The notes beneath the pieces were generated by a model. The model saw nothing but the letters and a program-made list of their open reading frames with translations, made no database searches and was not told the origin of the DNA. A stretch of DNA of 64,000 nucleotides. Source: Heterodontus francisci. Its lineage: Eukaryota. The stretch spans positions 31,037,518-31,101,517 of the forward strand of contig NC_090388.1 of assembly GCF_036365525.1 (NCBI RefSeq), given 5' to 3'. Positions within the stretch are counted from its first letter, which is position 1. Each line of letters begins with the position of its first letter. This document shows positions 24,082 through 34,926 of the stretch, one piece after another. Made by a program: the position numbers and the translations under genes.

Positions 24082-24903
24082 GTCTGAAATTTATGGTCAG
24101 CGGCAGCCGTAAACAATGGCAACCAGCACTTGCAGGCCACGCTTCACGAAGCCGCTGCAATATTAAACGCTGTGGCTCATTTAAATGGCCGGGGCGGGTT
24201 GCCCCCCCCCCCCACCCCAGATAACTTGGAGGGGGCGGGTGGTCCGTCCCTGACAATGGCATCAGGCGCCACTGCACAGGAGCTGACAGCAATTTTACAG
24301 GATTTCGAGCCCTTCCATTTCATTTAAATATTTAAAGAGATAGTCATTGAAAATTTATTTTAAAAAATTTTATAAATGTTTGTAGCCCCTCTCCCAGCCC
24401 CATCCAATAACCATATGATTCATTCCTTGCCCTCTTCCCCCCGCAAAAAAACTTATCTTCTATACTTGACCTTCCCCCTCCAAAGTTCATAAACTTTTAA
24501 CTTCACCCCTTCCCACCATCCCCTACACCAATCAGATTTGTTCGACTCCTCTCCCCCCCCTCACTGAAATACCTACCTGCTCCCCCCTCCCCACCAGTGT
24601 CCTGCATCGGATCTCCAGACGGAGATCTGAAGGCGCAGCAGTGTCTGCCATGGCACCAATATCTGAGCGGGATGTACGCAGGAGTGGGTAAGTGATTAAT
24701 TCATTTATTTGCATTTTTAACAATATGTAAATTCTGCTCCCATCGCCGAGCAGCTGGGGGGCCGTCACGAGGCCTCACCACTGCTGGCAATATTGGGCCA
24801 GGCCATCCTGGCGTTGAGGCCTGTGGCAGGCCTCTGCTGGAGGCATTTTCTGGCCTTCCCCCAACACGACCCCTGATGTCAGGGGGACTGTAAAATCCAG
24901 CCC
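24082..24903. repeat. GC-rich interspersed repeat with imperfect terminal inverted ends (MITE-like)
   Basis: Starts GGTCTGAAATTTA and ends GTAAAATCCAGCCC; a similar end GTAAAATCCCAG occurs at about 4973-4984. Confidence 0.45.
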
Positions 24904-25126
24904 ATGGAGTCTAAACCAGGAAGTATAAGTTAGAATATTTAATTCAATATAAAATGACATATATAACACAGAATAGAGAGAAAGAAAGATGGGATTAAGA
25001 GAGAGATGAGACAGAAAGAGAGCTTTTTTAAAATCTCCAACTATTTTATTAAAATCTGAAGGAATGAGAATTCACACTTATAAAAGTAAATTTTCAGTGC
25101 CAGAGAGGTTGTTTTATGGTAATTGG

Positions 25127-26083
25127 TATCCCACTAGGATCTCTATTGGGGCATATTCATTAAAGACTTAGGTGATGGGATAGAAAACTACGTTATAAAG
25201 TTCGTGAAAGACACAAAGATAGGTGGCATTTTAAGCAGTGTAGTTGGACGCATAAAATTACAAAGAGATATTGATAGATTAAGTGAATATGCAAGACTGT
25301 GGAAAATGGATTTCAATGTAGGCATAAGTGAGGTCATTGACTTTGGACAAGAGAGGATGAAACAGAGTACTTTCCAAATGGTGAAAAACTACAATCAGTG
25401 GAGGTCTAAAGAGACTTGGGGGCCCACGTAGATCATTAAAATGTCATTAACAGGTGCAGAAAAAAATCAAAAAGGCTAATGGAATGCTGGTCTTTATATC
25501 CAGAGGACTAGAATACAAAAGGATAGAAGTCATGCTTTAGCTATACAGAGCCCTGGTTAGACCACACCTGGAGTACTGTGAACAGTTCTGTGCACCACAC
25601 CTTAGGAAGGATGTATAGATAAGACTTGGAGGGAGTGCAGCATAGAGTTACCAAAATGATATCTGGACTCCAAGGGTTAAATTATGAAGAGAGATTGCAT
25701 TCCTTGGAATTTTGATGGCTAAGGGGTAACTTCATCAAAGTTTTCAGGATGTTCACAGATAGGGTAGGTAGAAACTATTTCTGCTTTTTGGGAGTCTAGG
25801 GCAAGGGGGCATCATCTAAAAATAAGAACATAACCTTTCAGGAGTGAAATTAGGAAACATTTCCACATGCAAAGGGTGATTGAAGTTTGGAACTCTCTTT
25901 CACAAATGGAAATTATTGCTAGATTAATAATTTCAAATCTGAGATTGATAGATTTTTGTTAACCAAAGGTATTAAGGAATATGGGGCAATGGCAGGTATA
26001 TGGAGTTAGATCACATTTCAGCCATGACCTCATTGAATGGTGGAACAGGCTTGAGAGGCTCAATGCCCAACTTCTGTTCCTAT
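25127..26083 (+). mobile_element. CR1-clade LINE 3' portion, degraded
   Basis: [25 protein letters not shown]1-type tail. Confidence 0.85.
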
Positions 26084-26899
26084 TAAGACTTACCCTGCCA
26101 TTAAAAATCACTTATACTTGAATGGACAAGCTCTAACTTTTTCTGGCATGATTAGTGTGTACCTAACAGGAGAGTACCATGACTTCATATCATTGCATGT
26201 GTTTCAATGCTGAGTTTCTTGATGAGGTACAGGTATAGTGCCTTGTGGAAGAGCGGGGCAACTCAGACAGCAACTTCCTGATTTCTGTGTTTGACTCTGC
26301 ATATGTGGACACTGGAAGTTGCTGTCTAATTTACTCCTTAATAATGATGAGGACTGATAGCCTCACTATTATTCTAACTGCAAAATCCAAGCCATTGCCT
26401 TATCTATTCTTTCCAGAGATATTCAGTGTTGTGCTGAATGTTTCCAACATTTTTCATTTTTGTACAGAATTTATTTTGTGTTTTGCTTAATTTATCGAGC
26501 CTCGTTTGCTAAAGCAAAAGTCATGTTTATCAGCAACGTAATTTGATGTATTTTGGGTTCATCGCAGGAGGTTTCATTTCCAAGCCTAAATGTTTATATG
26601 TGTCTTACCATTGAGAATGTCAAGGCTAATTTTTTGTACGTACATATTATGTTTGATGTTTTTGTAACAATACTAAATAAGCAGCTTGCCCCCTATTTTT
26701 GTCATTTCTCCTTCAATGCAATGCCTATTGTTATGAAGTAATATTCTTCTCATGAAATGGATAGAAGTCAAATAATTTTACAAAAAACATTATAGCAGCA
26801 ATGATATTTAGCTTTTCCTAATATCTATCAACTGCTTACACAAAACCATTTTTAAGGAGGTCTGCAGCATGTTGTCCATGTATGTTGCCTATACAGACT

Positions 26900-27430
26900 T
26901 ACATAAGAGACTCGCATAAGAGATTATTAGCAAAATAAGCACATGAAATTGGAGGTAACCTTGTGACATGGCTTGGTAATTGGTTGGGAGGTAGGAGGCA
27001 GAGAGTAGTGATAAAAGGTATATTCTCTGATTGGTGGGAAGTGAAAAGTGGTCTCCCAGAGAGATTTGTACTGGGGTGACAGCTTTTCACCATTTACATT
27101 AATGACTTGGATGAAGAGTTGTATATCCAAGTTTTCAAAACAGGAAATTACAAAGGGACATAGGCAAATGAATTGAGTGGGTAAAAACCATGGCAGATGG
27201 AGTTCAAGTGGGCAATTGGAATATTTTCTTTTTGGTAAAAGATTAAGAGCTATGGACATTGATCACTAAAAGCTAGTGCATCAGTATAAATAGTAATCAA
27301 AAAAGCTATTGGAATGTTGGTTTCTATCGCAAGGTGGCTGGAGCACAAAAGGGAGTACGCTATGCTTCAATTGTACAGAGTCCTGGTGAGACCCCATCTG
27401 GATTCAGCTTTATGCACTGAACTTTAGGAA
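26900..27430 (+). mobile_element. CR1-clade LINE fragment, highly degraded
   Basis: Nucleotide similarity to the other CR1 copies (ATTAATGACTTGGATGA, CTGGTGAGACC). Confidence 0.7.
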
Positions 27431-27434
27431 AGAT

Positions 27435-27870
27435 AGAAACTGCTGGAAATTACAGGTCAGGCAGCATCTGTGGAAAGAGAAATAGAGTTAACATATCAGG
27501 TCCATGACCTTTTGTCAGAACTGGAATAAGTTAGAGATATAACAGTTTTCAAGGAAGTAGAGGGGCAGGGAAAGGGAGGAGGGGATAAGAACGAAAGGAG
27601 TCTGAGATAGCTTAGCAGGTAGGAGCGATTAAATGACAAAAGGAATGATAGTGCAAGGGAAAGACAGTGGTAATGGGGCAAGTAAAGAAACAAAAGATGG
27701 GTCCAGAGGAGCTGTAAATGGCAACAACAGAACCATTAGCAGCACCTGCAGTTTGAAAAATGGGAGCAATGGTTATGACCTGAAAGTATTGAAGGTTGTA
27801 AAGTGCCTAATTGAAAGATGAGATGCTGTTCCTCAAGCCTTTGTTGAGCTTCATTGGAACAGTGTATGAA
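27435..27870 (-). mobile_element. Penelope-like terminal repeat fragment with degenerate hammerhead motif
   Basis: Shares GCAGCATCTGTGGA.AGAGAAA.AGAGTTAAC...GACCT with copies at 29072, 32161, 51528 and 53575. Confidence 0.65.
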
Positions 27871-29071
27871 TGATTATTTGCAAGATGCATTGGTCCCTCT
27901 GCGCATGCACACCCTGTTTGGGACTGTACATGTGCACTCGATCGGTCGCTTTCCTGCATGCGCCCTGTCTTTGGAGTGCTGACTGGAGAGCAAACCAGAA
28001 GTGGGGCCTGACTGCCAAAATACGTTGGTTCCCCAGCCTGGTGCCTGAAGCAAATGTGGATCCTAGGCCTCGCTTGGTAGGCAAAAAGAACCAGGAACTA
28101 CTGACAAGTGGCCTATAAGCAGCAGCAGCTGTGTACTTCCAGGCTCGGCAAGGCAAGGTAACAAGCTCAGGAACAACATGCTTAGCAGACTCCAGAAACA
28201 GGAGATAGGAAATGGAGACTGCCTGCCAAAGCACGTTGTTGCCGTTCCCAAGTCTGTTATGTTGCCTTGCTGAGTTTGGAGGCAGGCAGCTGCTGCTGAA
28301 GCTGGTATGGTATTATTGTTCATGCTGCTGTCCAGAGAGCAATAATGCACTCAGACATTTAATGATGTTTTGTGCTGCTTATCAGGCTACTTGTAAGTCA
28401 TTCCTGGTTTTTGCTGTCTACCAAGCAAGGCCTCAGATCCATATTTATGAGTTCTCTAATAATGATTAGTGGCTGTCCTCTTTTTGCCGGGTGTGGGAGA
28501 TGAGAGGGGGAGATAAACAATGTCTTTTGAGATTGATGTAGCTCCAGTATGACTGGCGATGAAAGTTTAGGACCACCTCTACACTGAGCGGTGGACTCAG
28601 TAATATAGTACCTAGGCAATCAGGGGCTGAAATGAATGGGGGAAAAGTCATGTGCTGGAAAGCACAGAGGCAGAAAACTCCAGCCATGGTGTTCAAATTG
28701 ATACCATCAAATCAGGTGACCAGCCCTGATGTAATGAGAAGTATGGAACAACTTGCCAGGAGCAGCACCATGCATAGATGCAAATGAGGTGCTAGCGTAG
28801 TGAAGCTACAGCAAAGAACTACATGTATGCTGACTTATAGAATTTTACAGCACCGCAGGAGGCCACACTTGTGCCAGCTCTTTAAAACAGCTATTCAATT
28901 TAGATAACAGAGGATATTACAAAGCTAACTACAGATCCACTTTGTGCATTCTACCATATCACTGTTCTCACGTGATTTGCTTTTTCCTCAGTCATCACAA
29001 TATCACTGTGAGCTCTGAAACCTGTTTGCCTGTCTAACCGGATCAAATTACACATTGTGGAGAATATTGAA

Positions 29072-29170
29072 ATAAAAACAGAAAGTGCTGGAAATACTCA
29101 GCAGGTCTGGCAGCATCTGTGGAGAGAGAAACAGAATTAACATTTCAGGTCAATGACCTTTCACCAGAAC
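29072..29170 (-). mobile_element. Short Penelope-like terminal repeat copy
   Basis: Flanked by the 14-bp direct repeat TGGAGAATATTGAA (29058-29071, 29171-29184). Confidence 0.75.
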
Positions 29171-29554
29171 TGGAGAATATTGAATTACTCTACATCAGGC
29201 AGGATCAAATTACACATTTCAGAATAACTGTTGTCCTCCAAGGGAACCAATCAGAAATCTTGTCCAACCCACTTCTGTTGCAAATAAACGCTGCTATTGG
29301 AGATTGAGAACAGACAGGACATGGGGTGGTGAGTTAAAATAGCAAGCTGGAATCTCAGGGCTATGCTTGCAGATTGATCTGCAGTTGACGTTGCTATTCG
29401 TTCATTCGCAACTTGTCCGAGTCAGAGGAAATAATGCAGTCTAGAGCCAGTATGGCCCCAGTATCAGTATTGTTGACCCTTTTCCTCTGTAGGGTATCAA
29501 CTGACGTGATGGATAAAGATACACTGTAAACCAAAGTCCAATATAACTTCACTT

Positions 29555-29866
29555 TTATTTTTTTATTTAGAGATACAGCACTGAAACAGGCCCTTCGGCC
29601 CACCGAGTCTGTGCCGACCATCAATCACCCATTTATACTAATCCTACAACATCCCCACCTGTGCCTCTATTCCCCTACCACCTACCTATACTAGGGGCAA
29701 TTTACCTATCAACCTGCAAGTCTTTTGGTGGTAGGTGGAAACCGGAGTACCCGGCGAAAACCCACGCAGACACAGGGAGAACTTGCAAACTCCACACAGG
29801 CAGTGCCCAGAATTGAACCGGGGTTGCTGGAGCTGTGAGGCTGTGGTGCTAACCACTGTGCCGCCC
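29555..29866 (-). mobile_element. HE1-like V-SINE
   Basis: Same family as 14384-14729. Confidence 0.9.
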
Positions 29867-32160
29867 TACTAAAATCACTTATAACATACAAGTGCTTGAT
29901 TACTTCTCAAACTTAGCGTCTATTTTACTCTGCTTAATTACTACTGATTACAATAAATCACAAGACTCACGACTTGGACTTAAATACTACCCGTGAGAGG
30001 CGAACTGGCCAGGCTCCTTCCATGCGGTCATCGTCTTCTCTGAGTATCGAACTCAGGTCTTCCTTCGCGATGTTGATCCCAGATTGTCGCTCCCGAGGCT
30101 TCGGACCCTCCTATTTTTATGTTTTTCAAGAAGTTTACATCACCCAGGACCCTCATGATCCTGAGATCATCTGTCCAAATGTCTCATAAACAGGACACAT
30201 TGTTCCCTTATGCATTCTTGATATAGCATCCTTGATAACCACAAAGATTAGTGACCCTTGATGCCTAGGGTCGCTCAGTTAGCAGTCTAGTTTTGCTTCC
30301 TTCTTCAGAACAGATCGACCTTCACAAAATCACAACCTCAGCTCTTTTCCTTTTGCAAGTGTGGTGTTTGTGTGAGGTTGGCTTATTTTCCCATTATGCT
30401 TTGTGGAGACTTGACATTAGCCTCTGCTGTCTACAGTATCCCTGAGTGATGCTACAATGGATGCCAGAGTCCTGCATGGAGAACTCAGCGGCAGCATCCA
30501 TTGAGACAACCTCACATTCCATGGTTGACTGCAGAGCATCAAAACCATGTGCAAGAACCCCACACAAGTTATAGTGGACTTTTTCACATGTTGCAGAAGT
30601 TCTATCGTAAGCAATACAATGCATTCAGCAATTGTTGCTGCACGGAAAGTTTTTAAAAAAAGTCTGCATCTCTGCCCTCTTTAACAGAACTAGGATGTGA
30701 CGTGATGGAATATAGGTATAATAGGCTTAATTAGGTAGCATTTACATATAGTTAATATATTATACCTTTTAGAATTAAAGATTGAATAAATGGTCAGTTT
30801 TTAAGACTCACTGACATTCCCCTTCAAGAACAGGGAGTTAAGAAATTTCAAGGTCCCTGTTAGAATAAAATTTCTGTTATCACGGACTTGGAAGATAAAC
30901 ACACACATTGAAATATCCTGTGTGTCATCAGTCAGAGGTAGCAATAAATTTAATTTGTTTATGGGGTTGTTGATGCAGACATATTGGCTCAAAAGGTTGC
31001 TTTAAGGTACCATAAAAAGGCAATTATAGATAATAAAACAATAAATGGAATGGACTTACAGGAACAAGAGAGCAAGTAAACATAATCCAAAACATTTTGA
31101 TCAGATAAATGCTCACAACTTCAAGAGCAGGGAATTTCCAACAAAACATTAAGTGGATTTTGAAAGCAGGAAAAACACACACAGAAAGGTAATACCTATA
31201 TGCTAAGAGGTCATATGATACCTTAGCAACAGTATAAACATGAGAGGTTCTGAAGCGAAAAATTAGAAGTGTTGAATTCCTCAAACAATACTTCTCACCC
31301 CATGGTTTACTTGGGGGATTTAAGGTAAAAGTTAACTTTAAATTTTGATGGATATTCTAAGATATTTTCCTGTAACATTAGCTGGGTTAAACTTTTGTAT
31401 TCTATGTTAGAAATAAGATTATGTGTTACATCTCTTAGTAATATTTGATATTGTGATATACTTATCCACTAAAAAGTGTAAATTCTTTAATAAATATATA
31501 AAAGTTAATAAATCATCTCATAGTATTCTGTATGCAACTACAAGAATCCCCTCTCTGTGCCTCTTTAAGTGGAGAGTTTCCCAGACCCTTATAATATCTG
31601 GGATATTTATGACTTATCCATAATTATTAAAAATAGGCTATTTGAAAGATGGTATTATTCTGTTAGTTTTCTTTCTTTGAGTGAAAACTAGTTCAATTCT
31701 TTGGACCTAAATAAGTGTCAATAAGAGTTTGTCTGGTTTGAACTTAATTAAAGGAGATTCATAGGGATGTATGCCTGATTTGGTTTTGTCCCTATAAGGG
31801 GTTGAAATCATAAATCACTTCAGTGAGTTATCTTGGAAGTGAGCAAATGTGGAACAAGGGCGCAGAGACTAAGAATTATCACTGGAAGAACCCAGGGGAA
31901 GGGATAAAGAAAGTCCTTGAACTAAGACTTATTTCACACAGGATGCTTCACAACAAGTAACTATTGAGATAGAGGCTGTTTCAAAAGGACCAATATAAAA
32001 GGATCAGGTGGCTGGGGTGGGGTTATAGGAGAGACCACCTATGACTGGGGAACCTGACTGTACCTTGTGTAGTTCAAGGGGATTCTGAAATAGTTTCAGG
32101 GTGACCATCAGCAGATTATAGGATTACTAAGTAGGAAATCAGGGGAAACACCTATTGCTA

Positions 32161-32426
32161 TAATAAAAGCAAAATACTGTGGATGCTGGAAATTTGAAAT
32201 AAAAACAAGAAAATCTGGAAATACTCAGCAGGTCTGGCAGAATCTGTGGAAAGAGAAGCAGAGTTAACGTTTCGGGTCAGTGACCCTTCTTCGGAACGAG
32301 CAAATATTAGAAATGTCAAAGGTTATAAGCAAGTGAGGCGGGGGTGGGGCAAGAGATAACAAAGGAGGTGTAGATTGGACAAGGCCACATAGCTGACCAA
32401 AAGGTCATGGAGCAAAGGCAAACAAA
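32161..32426 (-). mobile_element. Penelope-like terminal repeat insertion with hammerhead motif, 17-bp TSD
   Basis: TSD GGAAACACCTATTGCTA at 32144-32160 and 32427-32443. Confidence 0.8.
32262..32297 (-). ncRNA. Minimal type I hammerhead ribozyme motif (core variant CCGAAGA)
   Basis: GTT CCGAAGA A GGGTC-ACT-GACCC GAAAC GTT AAC. Confidence 0.6.
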
Positions 32427-32462
32427 GGAAACACCTATTGCTACCAGTTACATATAGTCTAT

Positions 32463-34168
32463 TCTTTCTTTTTTCTTTTGTGCCTCCTTATCTCGAGAGA
32501 CAATGGATACGCGCCTGGAGGTGGTCAGTGGTTTGTGAAGCAGCGCCTGGAGTGGCTATAAAGGCCAATTCTGGAGTGACAGGCTCTTCCACAGGTGCTG
32601 CAGAGAAATTTGTTTGTTGGGGCTGTTGCACAGTTGGCTCTCCCCTTGCGCCTCTGTCTTTTTTCCTGCCAACTACTAAGTCTCTTCGACTTGCCACAAT
32701 TTAGCCCTGTCTTTATGGCTGCCCGCCAGCTCTGGCGAATGCTGGCAACTGACTCCCACGACTTGTGATCAATGTCACACGATTTCATGTCGCGTTTGCA
32801 GACGTCTTTATAACGGAGACATGGACGGCCGGTGGGTCTGATACCAGTGGCGAGCTCGCTGTACAATGTGTCTTTGGGGATCCTGCCATCTTCCATGCGG
32901 CTCACATGGCCAAGCCATCTCAAGCGCCGCTGACTCAGTAGTGTGTATAAGCTGGGGATGTTGGCCGCTTCAAGGACTTCTGTGTTGGAGATATAGTCCT
33001 GCCACCTGATGCCAAGTATTCTCCGAAGGCAGCGAAGATGGAATGAATTGAGACGTCGCTCTTGGCTGGCATACGTTGTCCAGGCCTCGCTGCCGTAGAG
33101 CAAGGTACTGAGGACACAGGCCTGATACACTCGGACTTTTGTGTTCCGTGCCAGTGCGCCATTTTCCCACACTCTCTTGGCCAGTCTGAACATAGCAGTG
33201 GAAGCCTTACCCATGCGCTTGTTGATTTCTGCATCTAGAGACAGGTTACTGGTGATAGTTGAGCCTAGGTAGGTGAACTCTTGAACCACTTCCAGAGCGT
33301 GGTCGCCAATATTGATGGATGGAGCATTTCTGACATCCTGCCCCATGATGTTCGTTTTCTTGAGGCTGATGGTTAGGCCAAATTCATTGCAGGCAGACGC
33401 AAACCTGTCGATGAGACTCTGCAGGCATTCTTCAGTGTGAGATGTTAAAGCAGCATCGTCAGCAAAGAGGAGTTCTCTGATGAGGACTTTCCGTACTTTG
33501 GACTTCGCTCTTAGACGGGCAAGGTTGAACAACCTGCCCCCTGATCTTGTGTGGAGGAAAATTCCTTCTTCAGAGGATTTGAACGCATGTGAAAGCAGCA
33601 GGGAGAAGAAAATCCCAAAAAGTGTGGGTGCGAGAACACAGCCCTGTTTCACACCACTCAGGATAGGAAAGGGCTCTGATGAGGAGCCACCATGTTGAAT
33701 TGTGCCTTTCATATTGTCATGGAATGAGGTGATGATACTTAGTAGCTTTGGTGGACATCCGATCTTTTCTAGTAGTCTGAAGAGACCACGTCTGCTGACG
33801 AGGTCAAAGGCTTTGGTGAGATCAATGAAAGCAATGTAGAGGGGCATCTGTTGTTCACGGCATTTCTCCTGTATCTGACGAAGGGAGAACAGCATGTCAA
33901 TAGTCGATCTCTCTGCACGAAAGCCACACTGTGCCTCAGGGTAGACGCGCTCGGCCAGCTTCTGGAGCCTGTTCAGAGCGACTCGAGCAAAGACTTTCCC
34001 CACTATGCTGAGCAGGGAGATTCCACGGTAGTTGTTGCAGTCACCGCGGTCACCTTTGTTTTTATAGAGGGTGATGATGTTGGCATCGCGCATGTCCTGG
34101 GGTACTGCTCCCTCGTCCCAGCACAGGCATAGCAGTTCATGTAGTGCTGAGAGTATAGCAGTATAGAG
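32463..34168 (-). mobile_element. Young 5'-truncated RTE-clade LINE with uninterrupted RT ORF
   Basis: 522-aa ORF 32525..34093 (NYRGISLL, QCGFR, FIDLTKAFD, GVKQGCVLAP, LFADD, C-terminal CSTCGRACHSRIGLYSH); 10-bp TSD TATAGTCTAT at 32453-32462 and 34169-34178. Confidence 0.95.
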
Positions 34169-34239
34169 TATAGTCTATATCAGTGAGTTATTGCATTACT
34201 GCTGGTTATGATGGAAATCTGAGTGTTACCAATGTTACT

Positions 34240-34739
34240 ATTAGTTATTGGCGAACCATTCCCCACCTCCAGTTTCTCTTCCTCGCCTGCTCAGGCGTGG
34301 CCTCTTTGTTGAAACCTCTACAATAGCTGCTGATTGGTACAAAACCAGAAGTAAAGATACTACAGGCTGCCCAAACTTTATACCGTAAATGCAGACTTAG
34401 TGAGAATGCCACATGATGAATACTCCTCCCATGTCTCCAATCAGAGTTGGCAGCCCTATTTACTGAATCTTAAAAGTGTCCCAAAAATGTTTGCATGATT
34501 GAGGCACGATTGATTAAAGAAAATGAGCATTTCAGTGTACTGGGGGGTGGTAATCAAAACAGCATCTTTAAATGTTGGGGCGTAAGAGCGCTCGGGAGAA
34601 TTGCGGAGGAATGGATTTGCAAAGGGGGAGCTTTGCTGGGATTGGTGTAGCGGGAATGGGCGGGTTGCAATGTGAGGCTGTCATTGGTGCTGGAGGTGGG
34701 TGAGGGGAGGCGCCGGCTCTCTGTCCTTACAGAGCAACA
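34240..34739 (+). promoter_or_regulatory. Candidate HELB promoter / 5'UTR region
   Basis: CCAAT boxes (ATTGG 34333-34337, CCAATCAG 34437-34444), locally elevated CpG, and a splice-acceptor-like CTCTCTGTCCTTACAG ending 34732. Confidence 0.45.
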
Positions 34740-34926
34740 ATGGCAGGATGGTGCAACTTCATTGTCCTGGAAGGTTACATTTTACCGCCAAAAGACAAAG
34801 TAGCGGAGGAAGGCTTGGATACAGAGGACGAGGACGAAGTGCCGCAGTTTCTGGACCTCAAGGATATGATTAGTGTGTCTGACGGTGCAAGCTCTATCAA
34901 AGCCTCTTCTGTGGCGCGACGGTTCG
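34740..34926 (+). CDS. HELB: HELB first coding exon
   Basis: MAGW...[10 protein letters not shown]...EDEDE.PQFLD resembles the HELB N-terminus; donor GTAAAA; 187 nt, phase 1. Confidence 0.88.
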
